64,000 nt of DNA from a virus (lineage: Duplodnaviria; Heunggongvirae; Uroviricota; Caudoviricetes): positions 36,027 through 100,026 of IMG/VR virus record IMGVR_UViG_3300043438_000976, one strand, 5' to 3'. Of the stretch, positions 41,795 to 52,035 are shown one piece after another. The notes below the pieces were generated by a model. It worked only from the letters and a program-made list of their open reading frames with translations. It was not told where the DNA came from and ran no database searches. The position numbers were made by a program, and so were the translations under genes. Each line of letters starts with the position of its first letter. Position 1 is the first letter of the stretch.

Positions 41795-42023
41795 AGAAGA
41801 ATTGCTAGAAATTATTTCTTATCAAACGGCGGTTACAAAACATACTATTACTAGTAGTCAATCTTGGAAAGAGGCAGGAATAGACAGCTTAGACACCTTA
41901 GAGGTTATGCTAACTGTTGCAGAAAAATTTGGTGTAACTATCGAAGAAGAGGATGAAGAAAAGCTGGTAAATTTTAACGAGCTGTTATTATATCTTGAAG
42001 GCAAAATCTCGGATAAATATTGA
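41784..42023 (+). CDS. acpP: Acyl carrier protein
   Basis: 79 aa, acidic; GIDSLDTLEV...EKFGVTI phosphopantetheine motif. Confidence 0.9.
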   Translation: MNIKEELLEIISYQTAVTKHTITSSQSWKEAGIDSLDTLEVMLTVAEKFGVTIEEEDEEKLVNFNELLLYLEGKISDKY

Positions 42024-42040
42024 ATTATAGGAAGCCAGAT

Positions 42041-42400
42041 ATGCACCACATAGTTACTAAATTTTTTCACATCTCCGATCCCGATTTTAACCCGGATAGC
42101 GGTGAAAATTATGTAATCTTATTCTACAATTACATGATTCAGACGGGCGTTTTTTCTGCACCCGTTGTAGCAGTAGAGAATTTTTTACCAAAATTAAGAC
42201 AAGTCCGTCAACAGTTTATCAATGATAATAAACTGTTAAACCATCTTGCAGAATTTACTGATGAGAGAAGTTTAACCTGGATTGGAATTTTTACAGATGA
42301 GGCTGCATATGACGAATATAGGGCAACATTGTTAACAGAATTTGGAACAGATTTTCACATCGAATTCGAGTCGGACAAGGCATCACTTACATTAGCTTAA
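42041..42400 (+). CDS. Hypothetical protein
   Basis: ATG at 42041 with an AGGAAG SD (the ORF track uses TTG 42020); lies in the operon between ACP and the desaturase. Confidence 0.6.
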   Translation: MHHIVTKFFHISDPDFNPDSGENYVILFYNYMIQTGVFSAPVVAVENFLPKLRQVRQQFINDNKLLNHLAEFTDERSLTWIGIFTDEAAYDEYRATLLTEFGTDFHIEFESDKASLTLA

Positions 42401-42401
42401 C

Positions 42402-43142
42402 ATGAACTATGTGCTTAAAGGAATACATTTTTTAAATCACGTTGCTTTGGTAGTATTTCTATTATACTATCAGCAATACTGGTTATTATGTGTTTCCTTT
42501 ATAGTATATCAATTTTTATTAGTAGTAGGAGTATCGGGCGGTCTTCATAGATACTTTACTCACAAAAGTTTTCAAACTTCCCAAGCATGGGAAAAGATAA
42601 TGTTATTTGCTAGTGTTCCGGCAACAGTTGGTACTCCAATAGGGTGGATCGGTACCCATAGGTTACACCATGCGTATTCTGATACTAAAAAAGATCCTCA
42701 TAGCCCTGTATCAATAGGTTTTTTACAAAGTTATTTCCATATTTGGAAACCATTTGTTATTCCCAGTAACCTTGTAAAAGATTTAATGCAAAACAAAACA
42801 GCAGTGTTTATTCACAAACGATATATGGAACTACTGTTAGGATTTATTGTACTCTTATATATAATAAATCCAATGATCGGAATATTGATCTATAGCATTC
42901 CGGCAGTATTAATGTTTCATAGTACTGCAATTACAAATGCAGTTAATCACAAGGTCGGTTATAGAAATTTTGCAACAGACGATTTAAGTACTAATATGTT
43001 GTTAGCTGGGTGGTTAATAGGAGGTGAAGGGTTTCATAACAACCATCATAAGAATCCGTCCTCGCCGAGTTTCTCAACTAAACCTTTAGAGTTTGATTTA
43101 ACTTGGCAATTTATAAAGTTAATAAGGAAGAAAAATGATTAA
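42402..43142 (+). CDS. Membrane fatty-acid desaturase, copy 3
   Basis: HRYFTH, HRLHH, D.PHSP, HNNHH. Confidence 0.9.
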   Translation: MNYVLKGIHFLNHVALVVFLLYYQQYWLLCVSFIVYQFLLVVGVSGGLHRYFTHKSFQTSQAWEKIMLFASVPATVGTPIGWIGTHRLHHAYSDTKKDPHSPVSIGFLQSYFHIWKPFVIPSNLVKDLMQNKTAVFIHKRYMELLLGFIVLLYIINPMIGILIYSIPAVLMFHSTAITNAVNHKVGYRNFATDDLSTNMLLAGWLIGGEGFHNNHHKNPSSPSFSTKPLEFDLTWQFIKLIRKKND

Positions 43143-43893
43143 GTTTGATGTTAGCACCACTGAGGGGGCAGATTACTATAAAGATTGGTACACGCCGTTC
43201 ACTGAGTGGAAACCTCAATCAGTTAAGTGGAGACAGCTGCCAGAATATTATTCTTTTGATTTAGAAAAGTTACGTGCAGACTTAACTAGGGTTAGAGGTG
43301 ATTACGACTTTAAACCTTTCGTAGTTTCTAAAAAAGGAAAAATACGAACTACTTATCAAGGTATTAGTTTAACTTCTAGAAAAGAAAGTGAAGATCCTGA
43401 GTATGATGGATTAAAATTATTCGGATATCAAGATGGAAAAGAAGTTGAATTAGACATTAATGATACGTTTGCTAAGTTCGGAAACGATCAAACTACTGAG
43501 CTAAATGAAAAGATCTTTTCTGAACCGACTCAAGCATACTCGGGATATTTTGCCGAAGTCGTTAATAAATTTCATAGTATTAAAACTAAGTGCAGAATTT
43601 TAAATTTAAAGCCAAGAGGAGTTATTTCTCCTCATGTTGATTTTCCTTATTACAGGCAAATTAGAGTTCATGCGGCATTGTATACTAATGACGATACATG
43701 GTTTGAAGTAGAAGGTGAAAGATTTCAGATTCCCGCTGATGGCAATTTTTATTGGTTCGATGTAGGCCGAGATCATGCAGTATCTAATAACGGTACTACT
43801 GATAGAATAACTCTTAGTGTTAATTTGTCAGTATATGACCATTTTAGTTCTAGCAATGACTTAATGACCTTAATGGATAACTGTAAAATTTAA
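43135..43893 (+). CDS. Aspartyl/asparaginyl beta-hydroxylase-like Fe(II)/2OG oxygenase
   Basis: LKPRGVISPHVD...RVH...WFDVGRDHAVSN.G..DRITL. Confidence 0.8.
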   Translation: MIKFDVSTTEGADYYKDWYTPFTEWKPQSVKWRQLPEYYSFDLEKLRADLTRVRGDYDFKPFVVSKKGKIRTTYQGISLTSRKESEDPEYDGLKLFGYQDGKEVELDINDTFAKFGNDQTTELNEKIFSEPTQAYSGYFAEVVNKFHSIKTKCRILNLKPRGVISPHVDFPYYRQIRVHAALYTNDDTWFEVEGERFQIPADGNFYWFDVGRDHAVSNNGTTDRITLSVNLSVYDHFSSSNDLMTLMDNCKI

Positions 43894-43894
43894 G

Positions 43895-44773
43895 ATGGAA
43901 TATTTTGAATATAACCCGGAGGATAGTTTGTTCTATTCTGTTATTGCAGACGTAACACATCGATGCAATATGGAATGTGCTAATTGCTATATTCCTAATC
44001 GAGATATCCCTGATATGGATATTGCAAAGCTGGAAGAATGTATTAGTAAGTTTCCTAATAGGACTGAAGTTAGACTAATCGGTGCAGAGCCAACAGTTAG
44101 AAAAGACTTACCCGAAATAATCAAAATGATTAGACGAGTAGGGCATCGGCCGATGCTAAACACTAACGGTTTAAAACTAGCTAATGCAGACTACGTTCGT
44201 CGACTATTTGATAGCGGGTTACGTACACTTTCTATTAGTATGAATGGTGCAGACCTTGACCATTTGTATCTTAAAACAGATAATATGTTGTGTGCTAAAC
44301 GAAAAGTTAAAGCATTAGAAAACTGTGTCAACATGAATATGTTCGTTAACATTAACTGTCTAATAATGAAAGGAGTTAATGAATCATCTATCCCGAGATT
44401 AATCGACTTATGTAAAACATTTAATAAAAAAGTTGTCATTAGATTTAGGAATATTGGACAAATAGGACGATATACCCTTGAGAAAGATGAGAACTATTCT
44501 TTTAATGATCTAATTGATATTGTATCTGCTGCAAGCGGTATGCCTGTTGAGGAGATTAACAAGCATCATAATGTCGACGGTTACGACGAAGAACACAATG
44601 TATTGTTTCCTATTCCTAATACTGATAATAAAATTTGGGTTAAAATTACAGACTGGTCTCCTGAAGATAGTGATATTCCCGACCCCGGTAGTGTTCGACG
44701 TGGACGCATTACACAAGACTTTAAAATAGCCCCATTCTTTGAGCATGTAAAATTAAACGAATTTCAATATTAA
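43895..44773 (+). CDS. Radical SAM enzyme (MoaA / MJ0619-Tes-like core)
   Basis: DVTHRCNMECANC, GAEPTVRKDL, TNGLKLA, KGVNE, IGRY. Confidence 0.85.
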   Translation: MEYFEYNPEDSLFYSVIADVTHRCNMECANCYIPNRDIPDMDIAKLEECISKFPNRTEVRLIGAEPTVRKDLPEIIKMIRRVGHRPMLNTNGLKLANADYVRRLFDSGLRTLSISMNGADLDHLYLKTDNMLCAKRKVKALENCVNMNMFVNINCLIMKGVNESSIPRLIDLCKTFNKKVVIRFRNIGQIGRYTLEKDENYSFNDLIDIVSAASGMPVEEINKHHNVDGYDEEHNVLFPIPNTDNKIWVKITDWSPEDSDIPDPGSVRRGRITQDFKIAPFFEHVKLNEFQY

Positions 44774-44774
44774 A

Positions 44775-46211
44775 ATGGACATCCTTTTATTAACCACAGT
44801 ATCTGGTTTAGTCTTTCAACGATCGTTAGGGGCATATCAACTTGCACATAATTGCAGGCAGCACGGTTTTAGTTGTCAAGTTATTGATTTTATACAAGAC
44901 TTTTCAGAGCAGGAATTATATGATACTGCTAAACAATTTGTTTCCACAGATACATTGTGTTTAGGAATATCAACTTCGTTTTTTAACGAGTTTAAAATGA
45001 TGGTTGACAACAAATCAGTCTTGCCTCTTTCAATTCCTGAGAATGTATCTAATGTGTGTATTAGATTAAAAAAAGAATTTCCTAAATTACGTATATGTCT
45101 CGGCGGAGCAAAAGCATTGCACGGAGTAGATTACGTATGGGTAGATGATATATTTCAAGGTTATTCAGAAGATCAATTTTTAAAATACTGTGAAAATCTT
45201 AAAAAAGGTAAGACAGATAAGTTTATTAAAACAGTGTCTGGTAAAAAGATATATGACAAACAGAATTCTTCTTTTGATATCCAGTCCCTTAATCATAAGT
45301 TTTTACTAGAAGACTGCATTTTAGAAAAAGAAGTACTGCCAATTGAGATTAGTAGGGGTTGTATTTTTAAATGTAAATTTTGTGCATTTCCTCTTAACGG
45401 AAAACGTAAACTAGATTACTTGAGAGATATTGAACAAATTAAAGAAGAACTAGAATATAACTATAAACATTTCGGAACTACTAGATATTTCTTTAATGAC
45501 GACACCCTTAACGACAGCGTATTTAAAATTGAAGAGCTGCATAAAGTTATCACATCATTGCCGTTTAAAATTGAATTCAGCTGTTGGATGAGATTAGATC
45601 TTCTTTATAAGAATCCAGAAACTATCAACATGCTTAAAGAGATGGGATTGTCAACAGTATTTTTTGGTATTGAATCATTTAGGCAAGATACATTAAAAAT
45701 AATTGGAAAAAGTCTAAAGCCTGAAATTGTTAAACAGTTCTTAATTGATTTATATAATGTACATTGGAATAAGGATGTTTCAATATTCTTAGGTATGATA
45801 GTCGGTCTCCCGCATGAGACTGAAGAAGATATTTTTAACAGCGTTAGTTGGTTAAAAGAAACTCCTTTTAGTTTTCATTTCGAGCCATTGAGATTGAAAG
45901 ATTCCGGGGGAACATATTATCAAAGTGATTTTGAAAAAAATTATAATAAGTATGGATATACTGTCAAAGATGATGTATGGTGCAATGATGTTATGACACA
46001 ACATACTGCTGAAAGAATTGCATCAATAATTAATACAGAATATGCGTATGGAAAGAATAAACCTTCAGGTTCTTATCTCTTTGCAATTTTAAATCACTTT
46101 GAACTAGACGAAATTAAAGATCTTACAATTAAAGATATAAGCTATAAAAAATTGTATTCTTCTAGGAAGAAACTTATTTCAAAATATAAAGAAAAAATAA
46201 AGAGGTTATAA
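44775..46211 (+). CDS. Cobalamin-binding radical SAM enzyme
   Basis: LGAYQLA...QVIDF...ICLGGA; EISRGCIFKCKFC; DDTLND; FGIES. Confidence 0.88.
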   Translation: MDILLLTTVSGLVFQRSLGAYQLAHNCRQHGFSCQVIDFIQDFSEQELYDTAKQFVSTDTLCLGISTSFFNEFKMMVDNKSVLPLSIPENVSNVCIRLKKEFPKLRICLGGAKALHGVDYVWVDDIFQGYSEDQFLKYCENLKKGKTDKFIKTVSGKKIYDKQNSSFDIQSLNHKFLLEDCILEKEVLPIEISRGCIFKCKFCAFPLNGKRKLDYLRDIEQIKEELEYNYKHFGTTRYFFNDDTLNDSVFKIEELHKVITSLPFKIEFSCWMRLDLLYKNPETINMLKEMGLSTVFFGIESFRQDTLKIIGKSLKPEIVKQFLIDLYNVHWNKDVSIFLGMIVGLPHETEEDIFNSVSWLKETPFSFHFEPLRLKDSGGTYYQSDFEKNYNKYGYTVKDDVWCNDVMTQHTAERIASIINTEYAYGKNKPSGSYLFAILNHFELDEIKDLTIKDISYKKLYSSRKKLISKYKEKIKRL

Positions 46212-46212
46212 G

Positions 46213-47094
46213 ATGTTTCTAGCACATAGGTCAGATATACATAAGGACGGGTTGCGTCCACTATCTCAGTGCGACAATAAATTAGTGTTGGTCAATACAG
46301 ACTCTCCTTATATGCAAAGCAATATTTGTCCGCATCAAAAGAGTTTAATCTCTACAACAGAACAGCAAGGCATTAGAGTATGTCCGTATCACGGTCTAAG
46401 TTTCGACTTTGCCGGCACGGTGATAGTAACAGAGCGTGCTAATAGACTCTGTCCAAATCACACTGCATTAACAAATACAGATGCATTTGTCTGGAAGGAA
46501 TTAATATTTTCTAATCAAGTTGAATGCGAAGATTTGAATTTTATTGACTTTAAAAATTTTAGTCTAGTAGAGCAACGGGTAGATACTGTTAACAGTAATT
46601 TTAAAAACGTCATGGATCTATTTTTAGATGTCGACCATATTCCAATAGTACATTCAGGTGTTTATGATCGAATAGGATTTAAATTATCCACCGATGTCAT
46701 TTGGAAATATTATTCGTTTGGTAATCTTCAATTAGTAAAGAATGATAGTCAGTGTCCTGAATTTGCGGGTACATTACTAGACGAAGATAAAAATAATCCT
46801 TATAGGGCAGCATGGCTTTCTATATATCCAGGAACAATGATTGAGTGGCAACCGGGTGCGTTGTTTATCACAGTTGCTACAAATCAAACTTCGTCTCAGG
46901 CAAAGGTGCATGTTTTTAAATACAGAGACAATAGATATAATGACACGAATTGGAAAATTAATGAAGAAGTTTGGGAACTTGCATGGAAGCAAGATAAACA
47001 GCAAGCTGAATTATTAACCGAATTTAATCAAGACAACTTAGAGAAATCTAAACAACATTTTAGAGACTGGCTACATGACAAGCAAATGGAATAA
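46213..47094 (+). CDS. Rieske non-heme iron oxygenase
   Basis: CPH...CPYHG Rieske ligands; DVDHIPIVH mononuclear Fe site; late D. Confidence 0.85.
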   Translation: MFLAHRSDIHKDGLRPLSQCDNKLVLVNTDSPYMQSNICPHQKSLISTTEQQGIRVCPYHGLSFDFAGTVIVTERANRLCPNHTALTNTDAFVWKELIFSNQVECEDLNFIDFKNFSLVEQRVDTVNSNFKNVMDLFLDVDHIPIVHSGVYDRIGFKLSTDVIWKYYSFGNLQLVKNDSQCPEFAGTLLDEDKNNPYRAAWLSIYPGTMIEWQPGALFITVATNQTSSQAKVHVFKYRDNRYNDTNWKINEEVWELAWKQDKQQAELLTEFNQDNLEKSKQHFRDWLHDKQME

Positions 47095-48007
47095 ATTTAA
47101 CTTAGATGTTAATGGCATAGGCCAGGATAATTGGATCAAATATCATTTTAACGGAAATCGAACTAGAGTAAATCCCAAAGATAATTTTGAAGTAACATTT
47201 ACAAAGAAAGCAACATCTGCTCCTACATTTAATACTGCTTGTAAATTAGTAGCAGAAGAGCTTTATGAACTTAATAGACACCAAACTATATTTGTTCCAA
47301 TGAGTGGTGGGTGTGATAGCGAAACAGTTGCAGATACCTTTTTGCAGTTAAAGATTCCGTTCACTCCTATAATACACGAAGTTTGGTCATTGGGACTTCA
47401 ACTAACTTATGCAGATTCTTGGTGGGCGTATCGTTGGTGCAAAAAACATAATATCACTCCGATTGTAAAAAATACAACTACGTTGGAAATGTTTGCAGAT
47501 ATTAAGCCATTAATTGATAAAATTAAAGGAAGAAAATTATACCCTGCACAAAATATTATATTGTCAGAGTTTGCAGTGCAACACGACGGTGTTGTGATAA
47601 ACGGTCAAGCATTTCCTGAATATTATCCCGACTACACATTAGAGTATTTGATAGATATTGTTAATGACTCTGGATTTTTTAATGAAGACGGTACAAAAAA
47701 ATCAGGTTGGTTATTACACGAAGACGACTTCTATGTAGATATGTATAATCCTGGTTATCATACCTATAACTTTTTAAGCTGGAATCCTGAGATTGTTCTT
47801 GCTTACATTAAAGAAAGAGATATGTCGTTAAACAGCGAAGAAAACAAATTTAAGATAATGAAAAAAGATCCTCGTCCTAAGATCGGTGCTCCCGATGCAG
47901 TGTGGCATTTGTTAAAAGAATATCAACACAAGCTGAAGAAACAGTACGGGACCAGTGAGTTGTCGTTTATTGGAACTCACGAAGAAATGTTTAATATTTT
48001 AACGTGA
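47075..48007 (+). CDS. PP-loop (adenine nucleotide alpha hydrolase) family protein
   Basis: FVPMSGGCDSE motif. Confidence 0.7.
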   Translation: MTSKWNKFNLDVNGIGQDNWIKYHFNGNRTRVNPKDNFEVTFTKKATSAPTFNTACKLVAEELYELNRHQTIFVPMSGGCDSETVADTFLQLKIPFTPIIHEVWSLGLQLTYADSWWAYRWCKKHNITPIVKNTTTLEMFADIKPLIDKIKGRKLYPAQNIILSEFAVQHDGVVINGQAFPEYYPDYTLEYLIDIVNDSGFFNEDGTKKSGWLLHEDDFYVDMYNPGYHTYNFLSWNPEIVLAYIKERDMSLNSEENKFKIMKKDPRPKIGAPDAVWHLLKEYQHKLKKQYGTSELSFIGTHEEMFNILT

Positions 48008-48571
48008 TCTAAATTCTAATTTAAGAACTCGCTGTTTAATTAGTGTTGCATCGGGTTTTAATTCTTCCCCCATTAACTTCCAATACAGTGATTGATCGGG
48101 TTTAGTATTTGGGGGGACAACATCTAATGTTGATAAGTGATACCTTCCTACCTGCATAAAAGAATTCTTTTGCCACTGTTTGTCGTATACTCTTGATATC
48201 TTTTCAGATATTGCATAGTAGTATGTATAACAATTTTTAGACTCTGCAATTGCAAATGCTTCTTTAATCATCATACTCAAATCTGGATGGTTAAAACTAA
48301 AATACGATTGTTGCCGGCTAGAAAAAAAACAAGGGACTACCCAAAATTTTCCTCGTAAGCTACTGTCATATATTCCCATCGATATCCAACTCACTAAATC
48401 ATTATTTTCAAAATAGCCAATTGCAAAATTTGTATCATTTGATTCGAAGAACTTCTGATATCCTTCTATAAATGATTGGTCACTAATTGCCACTGTTCCG
48501 CCAATTTTTGGTCGTAACTGTTTGATTTTTAAACAGGCATCAAAGTGTTCGGGGCCTAATATCTTTATCAT
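47999..48571 (-). CDS. GNAT-like hypothetical protein (paralog of 41177)
   Basis: AIGYFENNDLVSWISM...AESKNCYTYY; probable start MIKILG at 48571. Confidence 0.55.
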   Translation of the reverse strand: MIKILGPEHFDACLKIKQLRPKIGGTVAISDQSFIEGYQKFFESNDTNFAIGYFENNDLVSWISMGIYDSSLRGKFWVVPCFFSSRQQSYFSFNHPDLSMMIKEAFAIAESKNCYTYYYAISEKISRVYDKQWQKNSFMQVGRYHLSTLDVVPPNTKPDQSLYWKLMGEELKPDATLIKQRVLKLEFRSR

Positions 48572-48604
48572 ATCAACGTACTTATCCTTCAAATAAATAC
48601 CAGT

Positions 48605-49363
48605 ATGAAAATCTTCTCCGCATCTGCAGATACTATTACCAAGGTACAAATTACTACAGGAATTTTATCAATTATTGGACTGTTTTATTTTGATTTTACA
48701 ATGACTAATATGTTCTTAATATTAGCATCGTTTTATGTATACGGAGTTTTTGGTATTGGTATTACACTGCACAGATACTATACTCACAAATCATTTGAAT
48801 TTATTCATCCTGCAATTAAATGGCTCTTTACATTGTTTGCAATACTGGCTGGTAGAGCAAGTGTACTAGGTTGGGTATATGTTCATCGATTGCATCATGC
48901 ATATTCGGACACTGATAAAGATCCCCATGGACCTAAAACAATAGGATTTAAACCATTCGGCTTTAAACATATTGAATCTAACAGCGGTAAAGTTAACGTG
49001 TTCATGATAAAAGATTTAATGAATAAAGAGCAAGTGTTCATCAACGAATACTACTATGCAATAATTATTGTATGGTTATCCATTCTAGCAATGATAGATA
49101 TCAATCTCGTTTACTTTACATGGATAGTTCCCGTCTTTCTAGTACAGATGAGTCAGAATATCTTTAATTATGTTGGTCATAGTTACGGATATAGGAACTA
49201 CAAAACAACTGACACTAGCACTAATAACGCATTACTATGGCCTTTAATTATGGGAGATGCGTGGCATAATAATCATCACGGTAATCCTAAATCAGCTACT
49301 ACTCACGAAAAGTGGTGGGAGATTGATCCTGCAGGTATTGTGATTAAAGCTATTTCTAAATGA
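48605..49363 (+). CDS. Membrane fatty-acid desaturase, copy 4
   Basis: HRYYTH, HRLHH, D.PHGP, HNNHH; ATAAATA at 48593-48599 upstream. Confidence 0.9.
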   Translation: MKIFSASADTITKVQITTGILSIIGLFYFDFTMTNMFLILASFYVYGVFGIGITLHRYYTHKSFEFIHPAIKWLFTLFAILAGRASVLGWVYVHRLHHAYSDTDKDPHGPKTIGFKPFGFKHIESNSGKVNVFMIKDLMNKEQVFINEYYYAIIIVWLSILAMIDINLVYFTWIVPVFLVQMSQNIFNYVGHSYGYRNYKTTDTSTNNALLWPLIMGDAWHNNHHGNPKSATTHEKWWEIDPAGIVIKAISK

Positions 49364-50814
49364 AGGCAATTATATTTGGGGATAATTTTATCCCCGCAGG
49401 TATACACAGAGTAGGAATTGCTAGGACAACTGGGGCTCATAGAGTTGCTACGTTACTGAGAAAAAAAGGTATTGACACAGAAGTAGTTGATTTCTTTTTA
49501 AGTTTTAGTCTAGATGAAATATTTCAAATACTAAGCCTGTATGATAACGATTTAAAATTTATAGGGTTTAGTGCCAGCATCACTTATTATCCTAAAGGCA
49601 AAATAGATTCAGTAGTTAAATTTATAAGAAAAAATTTACCGTGGGCAAAAATTATAGTCGGCGGAACTAATGTCTATGCAAAGGACGCACCCGGGGCCGA
49701 CTTATATACAGAAGGATTTGTTGAAGAAGCAATAGACGATATCGTTAGATTTGTAGAAGATCAAGTACATTCTATGCAAATTGAATCGTTTAATGGAAAG
49801 CCTACTGTAAAAGTCACGCATACATATCCATTGGTAAACAATCAAAAATTAGAGACTATATATCAAGCTAGCGATTTTATTTCCCCTAATGAGACATTAG
49901 TATTAGAATACTCTAGAGGATGTATTTTTAAATGTAAGTTTTGTGATTTTCCGTTAATAGGCAAAAATAAAAACGATTATCTTAGAGAAGATGAAGATAT
50001 ATTAAAAGAACTTATCAGAAATTACAATCAATGGGGAACAACACACTACATTATCTCAGATGATACATTTAACGATAATGAATTAAAAGTCGATAGCTTA
50101 TTAAGAATATCCAAACAACTTCCTTTTAAATTGTCTATCATGGGGTTCATTAGAGCTGATTTAATGCATGCCAGAGGCACTACTGTTGATAAACTAGTAG
50201 AAGCAGGATTTAAAGCCATGCATTTTGGAATAGAAACATTCCATCCCGAAGCTAGTAAACTAATAGGAAAAGCATTTAGCGGATCTAAAATGAAAGAATA
50301 TTTAACTAGTGTTAAACAAAAACATCCTAACTTGTTCTTACATTCTAGTTTTATTGTTGGGCTACCATACGAGGATGCACAATGTTTAGAAGATACATTT
50401 AATTGGTGTGATACTTCAATGGTATTAGATGCATGGTCAACATATCCATTGAATATCCCTGCAAAAAGCGGAATGGTACTAACTTCATATTTTGCAGATA
50501 ACTGGAGATTGTACGGATACAAAAAAATTGAAGAAGATGATATACGTATTATTTGGGAAAATAAACATTTTAATACATATACTTCTGAAAAACTATCAGC
50601 AGAGCTCAACGCAAAAAGATACAATAACAAAAAGATAAATCCGTGGTCAGCATTTTCAATTACTGTACACGGATACGATATAGATCAATTACTAAAAGAG
50701 AATAAAAATAATTTAGATGTTCCTGATCTTATAAACAAAGCCGCTAAATTTGTAGACGTTTACAAATATAAAAAATTAGAATTTTTTAAAAATAAATTTA
50801 ATCTGCAAAAATAA
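49360..50814 (+). CDS. Cobalamin-binding radical SAM enzyme
   Basis: GAHRVA...EVVDF...IIVGG; EYSRGCIFKCKFC; DDTFND; FGIET. Confidence 0.88.
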   Translation: MKAIIFGDNFIPAGIHRVGIARTTGAHRVATLLRKKGIDTEVVDFFLSFSLDEIFQILSLYDNDLKFIGFSASITYYPKGKIDSVVKFIRKNLPWAKIIVGGTNVYAKDAPGADLYTEGFVEEAIDDIVRFVEDQVHSMQIESFNGKPTVKVTHTYPLVNNQKLETIYQASDFISPNETLVLEYSRGCIFKCKFCDFPLIGKNKNDYLREDEDILKELIRNYNQWGTTHYIISDDTFNDNELKVDSLLRISKQLPFKLSIMGFIRADLMHARGTTVDKLVEAGFKAMHFGIETFHPEASKLIGKAFSGSKMKEYLTSVKQKHPNLFLHSSFIVGLPYEDAQCLEDTFNWCDTSMVLDAWSTYPLNIPAKSGMVLTSYFADNWRLYGYKKIEEDDIRIIWENKHFNTYTSEKLSAELNAKRYNNKKINPWSAFSITVHGYDIDQLLKENKNNLDVPDLINKAAKFVDVYKYKKLEFFKNKFNLQK

Positions 50815-51403
50815 CGTATTCTTGATACCGTTTTGCATTCTCGGTTATGATGCTTTGATATGCATCTTCTTTTGGTTTTCCAAAATATGTGATTAAAATT
50901 TTACTGTGTCCAAAATACCAATCAGTTCCGTGTTTTCTTTTGTGGTCCCAATAAGCCCAAGTGTTTGTATCCGAAGGTAATAGTTGATATTCTCTTTTAG
51001 TATCTTTTAGGTAATAAAAATTAGGACGCACATTATTATCATATACTAGCGACCTTACACTTAAACTTTCTGAATCATAATCGGTGTGCGGAAGTACTGC
51101 TCCCATGCTAGAAACAAATCTTACTACTTCTATATCAATAGGAAACTTGTCTAGATTATCAAAGATAGATGGAAATAGTTCTGGACAGTTTAAATTTTTA
51201 GATTTGTATTTTGTAGTTTCTTCTGCGTCAACTCCGGGCTTTACCCAGATATCAAAACCTCTCCATGGTGCAGCATTAGTATTGTGATTAGTTTGTATTT
51301 TTTGTACAGGCTTAGATTCTTTATACCATAGTGACCACCAATTATCCCAATTAATTGGTTCAATCCTGGGCATGTGTAACGGAGTTGAAAGTATATTCTG
51401 CAT
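50798..51403 (-). CDS. Cupin/Fe(II)-2OG oxygenase-like protein
   Basis: VLPHTD...WDH..KHG. Confidence 0.55.
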   Translation of the reverse strand: MQNILSTPLHMPRIEPINWDNWWSLWYKESKPVQKIQTNHNTNAAPWRGFDIWVKPGVDAEETTKYKSKNLNCPELFPSIFDNLDKFPIDIEVVRFVSSMGAVLPHTDYDSESLSVRSLVYDNNVRPNFYYLKDTKREYQLLPSDTNTWAYWDHKRKHGTDWYFGHSKILITYFGKPKEDAYQSIITENAKRYQEYVIFAD

Positions 51404-52035
51404 TAATTATAGATAATGTAATCTTTGTACTTTTCAATACTTCTAGACATAAGTTCTAAATGTTTATCAGTATCTAATCTTCCTGCAATGAACATGGTAA
51501 TTTTTCTATATTCTGCAGGTGCTATGAAAGATCCATGATAGCCTACATGGTTGTTTAATACAAACCAATCAGTGTCATTGGGTAGTACAGGAAACACAGG
51601 TGATAATAAGTTTCTAGGTCTTTGATCGTATTGTACAATATCGGGATTAGATGACGTTGGCAGCACATAGAATGTTTCTAACATGTCACGCATTACTAAA
51701 TTTTTATAAGCAGTGGGTCCTAATTCTCCATCAGCTAACGATTTAGCTATTGGATCTTGGTGCGGCTTATTATTGACTATCTGCTCTCTAAAATCAAAAT
51801 GTCCATTATTTTCATAATCTAACAGCGGCAATGCTCTTAATTTTTCATCAAGGTCGGGAAACAACTTTAGCAGATCCGGGTCTATTGGCTTGTTCATTGG
51901 TTTAAAATTTACCCAAGCCCAGTCTTGATGAGGTAGCTTTCTTGCGTCAAAGTATTCCAAAACTTTCTGTCTATCTAAATTTAACTTAGGCAAATCAATA
52001 GGCATTAGTATAATATCTTTTAAATTCATCTCCAT
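51403..52035 (-). CDS. Cupin/Fe(II)-2OG oxygenase-like protein
   Basis: KPHQD...FVLNN..GYHG...RK. Confidence 0.55.
   Translation of the reverse strand: MEMNLKDIILMPIDLPKLNLDRQKVLEYFDARKLPHQDWAWVNFKPMNKPIDPDLLKLFPDLDEKLRALPLLDYENNGHFDFREQIVNNKPHQDPIAKSLADGELGPTAYKNLVMRDMLETFYVLPTSSNPDIVQYDQRPRNLLSPVFPVLPNDTDWFVLNNHVGYHGSFIAPAEYRKITMFIAGRLDTDKHLELMSRSIEKYKDYIIYN

Noticed and set aside
49999-50630. 194-aa minus-strand ORF 50046-50630 and similar shadows in the island (44191, 44510, 46777)
   Set aside because: Antisense to well-supported radical SAM and Rieske genes, with no motifs of their own.
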